DNA of 52,616 bases, counting the filler, from Bipalium vagum (lineage: Eukaryota): the NCBI GenBank assembly GCA_037834085.1. It is 3 parts of 3 records of this genome, joined end to end, with 100 filler letters (N's around TTAATTAATTAA, not from the genome) between each part and the next. Parts side by side here need not be neighbours in the genome. Positions count along the whole stretch, not along the records: positions 37,009 to 52,616 come from JBBMKC010156366.1; 2 more parts are not named here. One strand, given 5' to 3'. Positions 39,150 through 52,050 of this stretch are shown one piece after another (position 1 is the first letter of the stretch; each line of letters opens with the position of its first letter). The position numbers and the translations under genes were made by a program. The notes below the pieces were generated by a model, which searched no databases, was not told the DNA's origin, and saw only the letters and a list, made by a program, of their open reading frames with translations.

Positions 39150-40050
39150 TAATACGCTAAGTTAGTTTATTATATGGTTAATGTCGATGTTTCAAAAGCA
39201 TCTCTTAGATTTCATAACAATATTCCCTGGGATTTCACTAAATTAAAAATTGTATTTGGCATTGAACTGGCTAATTTTTTCAGCATGGAATCGTCAATTT
39301 TATCCCAACACAATGAGATGCATTGGTTCAATTCAGAAAGTCTGAAACTGTCTTCCATTTTGAAAACTTTCGAAGATAATATTTCCCAAAGGTTTTCGAT
39401 GGGATTTAAATCCGGACTGCAAGATGGCCACTCAATTAAAGAAATTTCTACGAAAACCAAACCTTTGACAGTTGTGAAACATGTTTGGGGCGTTATCTTG
39501 TTGATAATAAAAATCAATTGCATCATTATTTTCCAAATAAGGAATTAAAACATCTTCTAACATTTCTGTGTATGAATTATAAGTTGTTCACGTGGGAAAA
39601 TTGCTTATTGGTAATTTCCAAAACCAACTAAAAGCACCCAAAACAAGAATTACTAACGAGATTTTTTTCGCTTTATTTCAAATCATAATTGATTTATTTT
39701 TCAGTTTTCTTCATTCTCCCCTTTTCCCTTGAAATAGATAATTATTGAGTGTAATCAACACAGAGTTCTTTTTCAAGATAATTTTAATTTGGGTTGGCCT
39801 CAAATATGAATAGAATATCATGCTACTTATCTTCCAAACTTTATTACAATGTCACCATTCCATTAATTAGACTGAGACTTAATCAATAATTAACCAATTA
39901 TATAAGTTCATTATCAATATCTGCACGGAAAGCATCATTCGTTCAGGAAGCTGTCTCGTCTGCTTTTGTGCTTCATCTGAACAAGTAAAATACTTTTGCC
40001 GGTTTTGTCGACATCCCATTATTATTGACACTGGAACAATAATCCTAAGA
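39150..40050 (-). mobile_element. Degenerate Tc1 (DD34E) transposon
   Basis: ORF 39212-39526 contains EWPSCSPDLNPIENLWEILSSKV and LKKLASSMP. Boundaries approximate. Confidence 0.75.
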
Positions 40051-42399
40051 CCCAAATAATTTTTATTTTTGAAAATCGTTATTTGCGAAAATATAAAGTT
40101 GATTTATTTTTTATATTTTATATTTTAAATAAAAAAAACAAATTTAAACAAATAAAACATTTCTTCGCGTATATTTTACACTTTATAGATTAATTTTCTT
40201 AAAGCAGAAAAATATCTTAAGCGAGAGAAATATTTTGTTTGATGGTAATAAAATAAAAGTTTGAAGAGACTTTAATTTCCTATTTTAAAAAATATTTCAA
40301 TAAAAACGTACTTTGCATATTTAAGAAAGTGTGATAATTTAATTAATTATATTTAATTTAAGTAAGAAAATAAGGAAATATATAAAATTTTATTTAAATA
40401 AATAATATTATAATTTTTTATTTTAATCTCAGAATGAAATAAATATATAATCCTGGATTACTTTCAACAAAAAGCAATATATTTTATTTATTTATATTTA
40501 TTTATTATTTGATTTATTTTTATGCCAGTTTCTTAATTATTACAATCTTTTTGCACAATTGATTTTATTATTAATTTTTTAAATTCATTAAATATTAATA
40601 ATTTTTTTAATATCGATTTTTTTAAAAAAAATATCAATAAAAATATATCAATATAAATTTCAGTTTTTCAATTTTTCAATTTTTTCAACATCCAATTAAA
40701 TTTTTAATATAATTATTTAATTAATTTTCCCTTTTTGTCTGATAATTTTTTTATTAACGTATTTATTAAATAAATTTTAATAAAATCTTTGAATTGTGGA
40801 GAATTTATGATTAATTAGTTTCGATGCTGGAGTGAAACAATAATTTTTTAGAATTATTTAATTAGTATTGAATTTCACATATTAAATATTGACAGGTGAC
40901 CTGTTAAACGATTATTTTTAAGAGATAAGTTATAATATCGAATTTTATACGCTGGCTTAATTCACAAAGATAGTCTTAAGTTCTGACACGGTATATCAAG
41001 CAGAAAACTAAGAGTTGGTATGATCTGCGACTTATATTTGCTTTTAAACAGCCAGTCTAGAAAATTATCTAGAAAATTTATTTTTGCAAATTTGAAATAC
41101 ATACTATAATTATGTATGTGAAATACTGTCCTCAACTGATGAAAGTCGGTTAACTGCACTCCCCAAGGACCCCATGATGTTAACACTCAGACTTTGGTCC
41201 CTGCTCGGGTATTCAGGTGAATTCTGAACAAGGTTCTGCCACGAATACCTCTAACAGTACGATCCCTTGGAGGACAGTTTAGCTTGGAGTCACTGGCTGA
41301 ATACTGCTTATCCGTAATTCATCGGGATCGCTTCACTAGTTAAATTTAATATTTTTTTAATGAAATGATTAATTATAATTATCATTAATAAATTATAATT
41401 AAATTAAATTAAATTTTTAAACCAATAATTAATAAGATCTTAAAATAATTATGATCTCGATGAATGATAAGGACAGACAAATAACATAATTACATAAACT
41501 AACATTCAATAAGGTAACACTTTTAAGGGTAATATAATTTTCGCCTCAGGTTATATTGAAAGATGAACATGAATCAGCCCAGTTACTTATGTGCAAAGAG
41601 GAGTTTATTTGTCCTTACATAGGAGGGTAGGTTTAATTTAGTTTATTAAAAAAATATACGGTAAAAATTAAAAACTGGAGTCATGACAAAAGGAAAAACA
41701 ATATTTCCAGGAAATTGAAGCAGAAGCAACTGAAGGTATGATATAAAATGAGAAGATGTGATTTTCCTTTCTTATCCAACCGATTTAACTTTAAGTATTC
41801 ACAGGAAGTACCACCTACCAAGGAAATCAATAACAGGCATAAAATGGTTCATTCAGAGTGCTTTCTCAAAACCACTTATCTTTTGAAACGTATACAGTAC
41901 TTCTTGAAGATCAGGATAATGAGCGCTCATTATGAAAATTATATTCGTTGATCAAGTGGGCTTATTTATCGATTTAAATAAACAAAAACAATGCGGACCA
42001 AAAAAAAAAGAAAATACTTTTTTATCTTATTTTGTCTACTACAATCCTCAAGACTAGGTTCATTTTAATATTTTATTTATTCCGTAACATCAACAATCTG
42101 AATATTCGAACAAATTTTCTCAAATCTTGGAAACCCAGTCTATCATTGAAAATCTTAAAAGGACATCTAAATTCTAAATATTTGTATGTGCACAATATAT
42201 TAACACAATTGTTGTGTCTTTGGTAAATTCAGTAGATGGGCCTTGTTTCGAACTAATTCTGACCAGTCTCCTAAGACCTTTCTTGTGCACGAATCGATTG
42301 ATTGTAAGTAACGTTAAGGCACAGCTGCTAAATTGATTAGTAATTGCTAAGACGAGTTCTGCTGTGAGAGAGACCCAACTGATGGAGGAGTACATTCGA

Positions 42400-43300
42400 T
42401 TATTTTTCGTATATAATATTTAATTGTAAAGCAGGGTAATTAGCTCTCACTTTGGTGAGTGGACGACCGAATTGATCGAGTGAATGTATAAAGGCCCCTC
42501 CCAAAATTAAGCTTACATTTTGCGATACATCTTGACGCATATGACGTTGCGATTGTGTGTAAAAAGTTTGTATCCTATTTTGGAGCTCAGCAAAATGATT
42601 ATATATCATAATAATATATATCCAATATACATTTTTCGAAGTCGTAAACAATAACTCCAGCGTTTACTAAGCCTTGCTTAAGTTCTTTGATATTTTTTCA
42701 GGGATTTAATTTAATTTCGCTTATTAAAAAGCTTTGACTTTTCCTATTGTCTTTTTTTCCTTCCATGTTTTCTTTTTTGTCCACCTAAACTGTTCACTGG
42801 CCTAGAGTCCTATTTTGTTATTAAATATTGTTTACCGCTACTAGACGCACACTAAATTCTTTGGCAATAGATCTTTGAACATTGAAGTCTGTTCATCTAA
42901 AGCAGTGGCCTTCAAAATGGACGATATCGCCCATTAGTGGGCATTTTGAAATATTGGGTGGGAGTTAGGAAGAGGTCCTTGGCATCGAAACATCAAGCAC
43001 ATATGGGTCTCATTAACTCTTTGAACTACCATACAAGTTGTAGATATTGCATTCTCTTTTGTCAATAAACATTATTTGGATTTTAATAAGTTTTTCAAAG
43101 TTTGGATGGGCGATAGATTTTTTTATAGATAGGAATGTAGCAAAAGTTGGCGTTACTCTAAAAAATGGTTGAATGCCACTGATCTAAGGTAACAATTTTG
43201 TGTGCTTATCGTGATAAACATATCCACCTTTTCAAAAATAAAAACCGCCTGGATAAAATACTTAAAAACAATAATTCTTAAACCTACACCAAACACACCA
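42400..43300 (-). mobile_element. Possible decayed Penelope-like element (RT thumb plus GIY-YIG)
   Basis: Fragments resemble IVYDF..C..YIG, L..RI and LIL.A.I (GIY-YIG C-terminus) and FL...NS..HPN (RT). Heavily frameshifted. Confidence 0.3.
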
Positions 43301-46178
43301 AATCTGTAACCTCCAATTGGTTACCCATTTAATATTCATAAAAAAAATAGAAGTCATAGAAAAAAATTACATTCAAAAACCGCAAAATGATGGCTGTAAA
43401 TTTTGACATAACTCCAAAACCATTTTAAAATGTAAAAATTAGTGTATGTTCACATTAATTCCCTCAATACTGCACTTCACACACACCGTGTATAAATATT
43501 AACTTTGTTGTTTGTTATTTTATTATTAGTAATTTTACTTTTATTGCAAGACAAAATCAATGATAAAGCCTTTATTAAAAAAATACTTGATCAATATTTT
43601 TTGTCAATAAAAAAGTGATATTAATTGATAAAAATAGAGAATTATAACGGTTTATTTTTGGTGGGCGGAAACTAATGGTTCATTTTTCTGTTATATTAAG
43701 CATAAAAAATTGGATTTACCATTAATTTGATTTTCCCAGAATTTATTTCCTCAATATATTTTTTCATTCGTTTTAAACAAACAATAACGGGCATAAGTAA
43801 AACGGCGGTTAATTGAATTTCGTATCGGTCTGTAGATGGAGCAAAAATTCATAAATTGTAATCAATCTACTTTCCCCAATTATTTTATAAAAAAAAAACA
43901 ATAATATAAAAATATTTCTTATCATCGATATTTTCCATTATACGTAGATATACTAATTGTCACTTAATTGACAAAATTACTATGAAACCGGAATTCAATT
44001 AAAATATTTGTTTAAAATAAAACTTCTGATTAGAGGATTAGGGCGCATCATTTATTTTACTAATTGGGTTTGAATTGTGAACGACGGAAACCGTTTGAAA
44101 ACCTCAAAATTGGACAAATGTACCCTAAGGAACGATGGACGTTTATCAGCTCCAGGTCTCAGTTAATAAACTTAAAAAGGCAGTTATGGGAAAAATAGTT
44201 TTTGTCGGGAAAACTGACTTTTATTTCAGACAAAAAGTTTTTTTTTAATGAACAGTTTGGCATCAATTTTCTTCTGATTACTTATCTTGAAGGGGAGTGA
44301 ACCCAACGATTGTCAAATCACAAGGTTATTGTAAATTTTTATAAAACAGACAGATGCACTAAAACATGAAATAAGGATGGTACAATTCTCTGGACATTCA
44401 TGTTACTCTGAAAGACAAGACTCACAGAACACGATTAAAGTGTTCATAATTTACTATATCAAATTTATACCTGGCTCCAACTCTTAGGTGGTGTAAGTAA
44501 TTACAATCAGTAAAGCGACAATTTATATTTATACCACACAATCACCAAATACGGAATGATAATCAAAGTCTGGGATATCAATTAATGTCTGAAATGTTTT
44601 ACAAACTTTCAAATCAAAATACTTCTCAATATAACCAAACAGCAATAAAGTCAAAAGAATTAATCAAATATAGTGACTTAATAGAATAATACTTAAAATA
44701 ACTACTTTGTATATCAAACAATAATCTCAAATAATAATCTACTAAAATAAAATGTTTAAATCAAACTTCAATTAAAACAAAATATTACTCGTACACTAAA
44801 TTAATCAATATTAATAATTACTTTTACAAAAAAAAGATAAATAAATAAAGATAAAATAAAATGGAAAAGACTTATGGTTTATCTTCCGCTAAAACTCCCG
44901 AGTTATCGTCTGAGCCCTAACGGTTGCCACTGATGGTGAATCTTAAGCATAGAAATACTTGATTTAAAATTATCTTTTTCAGTTGGGCAATGGTTCTGCC
45001 TTCGTAAATTGGAACTGTGATCTCCTTGGAGCAATCGTCTTCAAAATTTTCAATCTTCTTTAATAAATCTATATAATATCAGCCTTCTTTAATAATCTTT
45101 GTAATATCAATCGTATTCGATATTCTTCGTAATCGTCTTCATGACTAGCCATGACTATAAGCACGATTTCTGAGGGGTGAAATTATGCTAGAATCCCTCT
45201 GCTTATATACTTTTTTGGAACTGATCTTCATCTGGAGATTATTGTTGAAATAATCTCAAAATTAATCTTAAAATTCTAAAATTTTAATAAAACTCTAAAA
45301 CGCCATAAAAATTTATTCGCTGATGACAATTAATATTTATAAATTACCTCTTTTGGAATTCTTAAAAAATAAAAATTACTTTTGGAGGGTTGTTTTATTT
45401 TTAAAGTATTTTCAAAATAAAAATATCTGGAAATTTTTAATTGATTTTCAATTGTTAATTCACTTTAATTATTAATATGATTATTTTTAACATTTAAACC
45501 ATTTTCATGATTTTCCTTGGTTTTATTTTCCCGGGAGGGTGTCTTTGGTAAACTTAACAAAAGGAAATTTAACACGTTTTATGTTAGCCTTCTACCATTA
45601 AACTTTATTTATTTTTATTGGTTGACTTCCAATTTGGTTATTGCAATATTTTCATTCATCATAACAAAGAGTTTTCAGGAACATCTATTTTATGACAATG
45701 TTTTTGATTATGTTCTAATTCACCATCTGACATTTCTGATATTCAAACAAACATGGTATTTCTCTAAGATATTAATTACTGATTTTTATACTTTTATTGA
45801 TTATTGTACACCTTAATTTTATTTTAAAACTTTATACTTTAATTGCATATTTTAAAATTCTTTTTAAATACTTTAAACTTTTAATGACTTTTTAAGATTT
45901 TTAAATACATTTTAACTTAAATTTTTTTATACGTATCCATGAAAAATTGATTTAGTGACATTAATGGATATTTTCACAATGATCATAACATTGATTTATT
46001 TAATGTCACAATAATAATGTTAAGGATATGTGTAAAGATAATTTTTAATTTAATGCATTAATAAAACATTTTAAAAGTAAAATTTTGTTAAAAGGAATTT
46101 TTATCCAATTAAAGTTTTAAAAACCATTAAAGTACACAATAATTATTAATTTTCAGGGAAATCCCATTTGTTTAAATA

Positions 46179-46640
46179 CAGGGTTTTTCAAAATACTTTG
46201 TATCTTATTTCAAAAAATATTTTGGAAATTATAAAATGATTAAAAATACATAATTTTAAATACATAATCTTACATAATTACATATTAGAAGTCTTCTCTT
46301 GCTAGAGCTTTTATCAGAAATCCATGCATATTATTAAAATAATGATCACTACGATCACTTGTTATAAATTCTGAAGCTACAGACAAAGCAAGTAATAATT
46401 CTTCATGACTTGTAATATTCATAGATCCTATCTTTTCCTTTATACACTAAATAATTTTTCGTTGGGATTCAATTGTGAACTGTATGAAGGTAGAAATATT
46501 AGTTGATGTCCATTATTAATAATTAATTCGTCAGCTGATTCAGTTTTATATCAGAAAATCAGGTGGTGGGTTTGACAGCATGTAAAGTTTTTCATACAAA
46601 TAAAAGTTATTAAAAATTCTTTTTATCTGAAGAATGGTAA
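46179..46640 (-). mobile_element. Tc1/IS630-like (DDE_3) 3' remnant
   Basis: TA-CAGGGTTTTTCAAAA terminus at 46179. Minus strand IMD and PSYSSQLNPNEKLF (cf. PPYSPELNPIE). Confidence 0.5.
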
Positions 46641-46644
46641 TTAC

Positions 46645-46702
<58 letters not shown>
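46645..46702. repeat. (TAA)n microsatellite
   Basis: Direct reading. Others: (TA)n ~11113-11139 and ~29669-29698, (TTA)n ~48411-48451. Confidence 0.95.
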
Positions 46703-47399
46703 TCTAATTGGATTTTTCTAATCTTTAACCAAAAAATGCTAGAACTGAAATGGGAAAGTCTTCTTTATTAACCTTACACTTTCGATAAAGTTGTTATTAA
46801 TTTTCCTTCATTTATCAATAAGTTCACAGATGTTGATAACCTTCTCCCCAAAAAAACGATTAATTCTAAAACTAAATCACTGTACCAATGCGATAACCAT
46901 GCTACTCAATTTATGAAAGAAGACCATACTGTACTACGGAAAATATTGTTATTGATTTCAATGAACTTAAAATATTAAAAACTCTGATCATTGTTTTTAA
47001 TTAATAATAAATATTGATTTAGGATAATTTTAATATTTTGTGATATAATAACCAACCAATTAAATGAGAAAAAAATAATTTATTTATATTTTATATATAT
47101 TGCAGAAAAATCAATGATTTAAAAAAATATGTCAGATATTTTAACCAATATTTGACATAAAAAAATCAGCAATTAAAAAAAAGATTTCTTTGAAAAAAAT
47201 TAATAATGGTAATAATAATAATTAGAATTATTATTCTGTTATTATTATTATTATTTTAAAAATGTATTTAAACGATGAACAATGTATATTGATTCTGCAA
47301 AACGAAAGCAAAATTAAAAAATATCCTTTAGGAAAAATTAAATTAATTTCTAGAAAAATATTTTATAATTAATACAAATAGTTAAAACATTATCTAGTG

Positions 47400-48020
47400 C
47401 CTTGCTGCCAATCAGTCCAACTCTTTACTTATCAAGACGATTTTCCAAGCAAGACAGAAAGCGAGGCAAAGGAGTTTCTCCAGCCTCACTCTTGACAATT
47501 GCCGCTTCATCACTGGAGCTGTGCGTCGAGCCGATTTGTCTTCGGCAATTTAATTATCCCAGCTGCAAAATCGCATATAAATGCCATTTTCAATTTTTCA
47601 CTTCCTGATTTACCAGCGCGCCGCTCTCCCATGCCACAAGCTTACTGGAGCCTTTCCTTCGGATTACCAACGGATTCAAACGCCGTCGTTAGCAGGATTA
47701 ATGTGGAAAGTAATTTATTATTGAATATTTTCGATTTCCTCTGAACAGGTACCGTTTCTTTCCATGCTTTTCCAATGGGATTTTGCACATCAATTACCAT
47801 TTAATAATTTAATACCTTTTTCATAATCGTATGATCTTTGATCAGCTGAAGATCCACAGCTGAATTTACTTTCGTCGACGAGAATGAACTTTTTTCCAAA
47901 TTTTTTCTTCTTTTTTCTCTTTATTTCCTTTCCTGAAATGGAATATGTCGAAGGGGACAATTATTTCATCTTAATATCATTTTCCCCTTCATAGTGCCAA
48001 TTCCAGAGGTACCGATCGTT
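47400..48020 (+). promoter_or_regulatory. Candidate promoter / 5' UTR region of the GPCR
   Basis: GC- and CpG-enriched island with no TE motif, 0.75-1.4 kb upstream of the ATG. CCAAT ~47408, TATAAA 47576-81, CAGCTG E-boxes at 47560, 47843 and 47857. Motifs this short are individually weak. Confidence 0.3.
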
Positions 48021-48409
48021 TTCCTTGTTTTAATACATTTACATTTATAATCAATTTTCTTAATAAATTATTTACAAATAATAATAATAATCGAAACATT
48101 ACTAAAAGTGAATTTATTTATACTATGGGAACTTTATAAAGCGATTTTATTTTATTGATTTTTTATTGATTATTTTGTGATAATTGAATCATATAATAAT
48201 AATATTTTAGACTTATCAATAAATAATAAATTTTTAATAATTTTTTATTTCTTTAAAATATTTTTTATTCAATTATGAGGACTCAAAACATTTTTATTGT
48301 TCATCAGATTTTTTTTATAAAATTTATAAATTTTATAAAAATTCTACCTTAAATAAAAAATTATGAAATGAAAATTGTAATTATTATATATATTTTTGTT
48401 AATTAATTA

Positions 48410-48454
<45 letters not shown>

Positions 48455-48772
48455 CATTATTTTAATTAATAACATTTTGAGAAATATTTTCTATCATTTT
48501 AACCATAAAATATTAAATATTAAATTTACCTATTCTGCTTTTAAGAAAAAATAATTATAATAATATAAATAAAATAACAATAATAATAATTTTTAATTTA
48601 AGTTTAATTTAATTTTTTTAAATTCTTATTTAAATTTTTTTTAATTTAAATAATATTCTGAATAATACTGTTATTCATGTGCGACCATGAGTGACAAGGA
48701 AGCGGTGTTCATTGCCTCGTCGTGGCAGAAAATAAAATAAAATAATATTTCAGGAATTCTGAATAATTAATT

Positions 48773-50167
48773 ATGGTTGTGATGAATCTCAATGGACTGT
48801 TTTCTGAACTGAAACTGCCCAATACTGTAATTCGTGTCCACAACTCACAAATGCATTTGTCTTTCTCCACCAACGAATCGATATGGTCTCCAACGTGCAG
48901 AAACCTCCTCAAAGTCGACCACCAAGAGTTCTATAGGTATTGCATTCTGCTGACGTATTCCTTCATTCCCCACGTGTTTATGTTTCTGTTGGAGTCGATC
49001 GTTTTGGGTTTGATTTGCATTTTCGGCTTTATCGGTAACATTTTGTCCGTAACGGTTCTTTTGATGGAAAACCATTCAAGCCAAAGTCCAAGTATTATTT
49101 TGCGTCTTCTCTGCGTGTCCGACACGCTTTTTCTTGTTACCTATTTCTTTTATTCCAGCTTAAGACATATTTATCCTATGACCTCCTATCTCATCAAATA
49201 CCATAACATTTATCCGTACATGGTGCCGTATTTATGGTCACTGGCAATGACTATCCAAATGACCGTCAACTGGTTGGTGGTTCTGGTCACGGTTGAACGG
49301 TACTGTGCCCTGAAGCACCCATTTATTGCAAAGAAATTTTTCACCAATGGAAATTTAAAACTGATCTCTGCTATATCCATTTCGTTGGCAATTTTGTTCA
49401 ACATTCCTCGGTATTATGAATGGAACATCATAAATTTTACAATGGACCCTTGTTTTAATTATACGATAATCAGAGCAGACAACTCCAATCTGAGAAATAA
49501 CGCCGTTTATTCCATACTGTATCGGTCGATATCTTACGCTGCACTGGTTTCCATAGGACCCGTGGCTTGCGTCGTTTGGATGAACATCAGTCTGATACGG
49601 CTCATTAAATCTACCAGTAGTAATCTAATCATACGAAACATTTCCGCGAACCATGCTGTCAGTCCCTCCGTCAGAGCAAGAAACCAAGCAAACTATTCCA
49701 ATTACCATTTCATCCCTTCCGCTGGTGTTGCAAATGTGACAGCTACTTATGGTCACTGTCTTCAAGAAAAAAATCGCAGCGTAAATCGACTGATCATTCT
49801 CTTGGTCAGCGTTTTCATCATTTGTGAAATCCCCGCTCTCATCCACCAATTCCTGGGAGTGTTCGTCAAATCGACCACTCACGACAGCCCCATGATCTAT
49901 ACTGTCAGTCTGAGCAATGCCTTAGTGACTTTGAAGTCGTCCAGCAATTTCCTCATTTATTGTCTCGGAGGAAAGAAATTTCGGTTTACCTTAAGACGAT
50001 TATGTCGTCGTAGTACGAGGACTAAGATTCCACGAGTATTTCTTGCCGCTACGTGGAAAAGAATCAATCAGACCAATACCAGATTAGCGTCCAAACATCC
50101 AAAGAAACAATATGAACTGATCCTTAACAGAAGACCATGTATAGACTTGGGTGTCCATATTTACTGA
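48773..50167 (+). CDS. Class A (rhodopsin-like) neuropeptide GPCR, FMRFamide/sex-peptide-receptor-like, 464 aa
   Basis: Seven hydrophobic segments: GFIGNILS (TM1), LCVSDTLFL (TM2), TVERYCALKHP (TM3), FNIPRYYE (TM4), GP..V..MN (TM5), FIICEIP (TM6), SSSNFLIYCL (TM7), then KKFR helix 8. N-terminal NES sequon. Confidence 0.92.
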   Translation: MVVMNLNGLFSELKLPNTVIRVHNSQMHLSFSTNESIWSPTCRNLLKVDHQEFYRYCILLTYSFIPHVFMFLLESIVLGLICIFGFIGNILSVTVLLMENHSSQSPSIILRLLCVSDTLFLVTYFFYSSLRHIYPMTSYLIKYHNIYPYMVPYLWSLAMTIQMTVNWLVVLVTVERYCALKHPFIAKKFFTNGNLKLISAISISLAILFNIPRYYEWNIINFTMDPCFNYTIIRADNSNLRNNAVYSILYRSISYAALVSIGPVACVVWMNISLIRLIKSTSSNLIIRNISANHAVSPSVRARNQANYSNYHFIPSAGVANVTATYGHCLQEKNRSVNRLIILLVSVFIICEIPALIHQFLGVFVKSTTHDSPMIYTVSLSNALVTLKSSSNFLIYCLGGKKFRFTLRRLCRRSTRTKIPRVFLAATWKRINQTNTRLASKHPKKQYELILNRRPCIDLGVHIY

Positions 50168-51480
50168 CAATGTTCATTTGTTTAGATATTGATATTAATG
50201 ATGTTTATTATTTTCATTTTACAGCCAGACTTGATAATGGTGCCTCCCTTAACAAAGATAGAGATAGTAAATTGAGCAAATAATCAATTATATTAAAGTT
50301 CAGGTTTTCAGGAGAACTAAACCTTTTTTGATCAGACTGATTCAAGCCTTTGATCAAAGACCAGGTTGACATTGTGATGAACGTGTTTGGTGATTGTAGA
50401 GAACCAATTTTTCGACACTGGTCATGATACGATTTAAAAATCGGATCTCTTTCATTGCCTAACAGTAAAGATTTTCAAATTATAAGTAGCTTATTTAACA
50501 CAAAAAAGTTATTATTTTATTTTATATCTAATATTTTAAACCAAAAATCGTGAAAATTTACAAAATATTATTTTACTTTTATTTCGACAAAAAATAATTT
50601 TAATAAAAACGAAAACAATGTGAATATAAAAAAAGAATTATTAAAATTCTTAAATTGTTTCAATTCATTATGCTACTAATAATACACAGATTAATTATTC
50701 TTTTTTCATAAATATCATTTCTTTAGTTTGCAATCAATTGGTCTCAGTTTTCCATGTCAAAAATTTCACTCAATTTATGTTCTGTAATTTTATAATAAAT
50801 AATATAATATATAAAAAATCTATAACTTAAAATATATATTTGCAAAATTTGTTTTAATTACACAAGAAATATTTATATGGCGAAAAAGGATTATATTCCG
50901 TATGGCTGACATATTTTTTTGTTTGAAATCATTAAACTCATCAATTTTTCATTTAAAATTCTATAACATTTTTATAAAAAGACAAAATGAAATTATTACT
51001 TGATAATACATATAAAATATACAGATGATACCATCCATGTATACATTGCAAAATATTTTTTTATGATAAAAATACGAAGAATTCTTATTCCATAAAAAAT
51101 TCCTCACTCATTCCTCATTGGTGAAAAAGTGAAAAAAATCACTTGAAAGTATAAAAAGTGGGCTTTTTTGAGGGGTGACTTTTTTTTAAAAAAAAATAAA
51201 AAAAATGGTTAGGGTCCATTTCGCGTCTTATTACTATTACTATTGTCTCTGAGCTCATTTTCATTATTGACATGGCGGGGACTTTATTTATCCATATATA
51301 TGCAATAAATAGCATTTTGGAGACACAAAGGAGACTCCATTTGTACCCCCATATTTTCCTCTCGGCGCACACGTGTATACAAATAAGATTCCTTTTGTGT
51401 GGCACAAAAATTTAAATTTTTTTCATTCATATAAAATATATAAAAAAATCAAAAAATTAAAAACTAAAAAAAATAAATAA

Positions 51481-52050
51481 ATTATTTTAAAAATATTAAA
51501 AATAATAAAAAATTTAAAACTAAAAAAATCAAATTTTTTCTTTGAAAATAGCGAAAATAATATTTATCAAAAAAAGATACCGAACCCAGAATTTAATATT
51601 GATGAATGGCAAGCTATAAATAAAAACTTACCTTTTCCAGATAATTCATTTCACAATGATTTTAAAGAGACAACCGAAAGAGTAAATGGTAATTTGATTC
51701 ATTATTTAAATTCTCATTATTAAAAAAACATTTTGGTTTAGTTTTTCAATATAAGATTTCACCAGCAGATACAAATTCAAAAAATATTCGTAGTTGTTTA
51801 AATTTTATTTTAGAAACCGTTACAAATAATTCAGATAAATATAGAGTTAAACTAACACCATTATATCCTATAATTTATTCAAAACATGGTAAATTTCCTT
51901 TAACAACTAAAAATAATGTAATTAACTTAATATATTACAAATTAGAAAAAAATTTACAATCTGCTGAAGAAATAAATATTGAAGACGTAACTTTTGAATT
52001 TTAATAATACCAATATCTCAAGGAAAGGGAAAAAATTATAGTAATTATTT
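51481..52050 (+). pseudogene. Frameshifted coding relic resembling the Polinton protein-primed DNA polymerase B N-terminus
   Basis: Stop-free frames 51481-51723 and 51693-52004 (80 and 103 codons; no ATG, so absent from the ORF track). The second ends LEKNLQSAEEINIEDVTFEF*, followed after a shift by IIPISQGKGK. Confidence 0.5.

Noticed and set aside
44300-45300. Possible solo LTR
   Set aside because: I could not identify convincing TG...CA ends with a TSD, a PBS or a partner LTR.
48709-49882. Short antisense ORFs within the GPCR (and similar ones within the kinase)
   Set aside because: These are expected shadows of GC-richer coding sequence and carry no motifs.
2694-50167. PKA-like kinase plus GPCR as a linked cAMP signalling cluster
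   Set aside because: They are 45 kb apart and separated by two artificial contig joins; there is no evidence of linkage or co-regulation.
51600-52020. Continuation of the capsid gene on the minus strand
   Set aside because: The minus strand has several stops and no clear MCP motif, while the plus strand is open over this interval.
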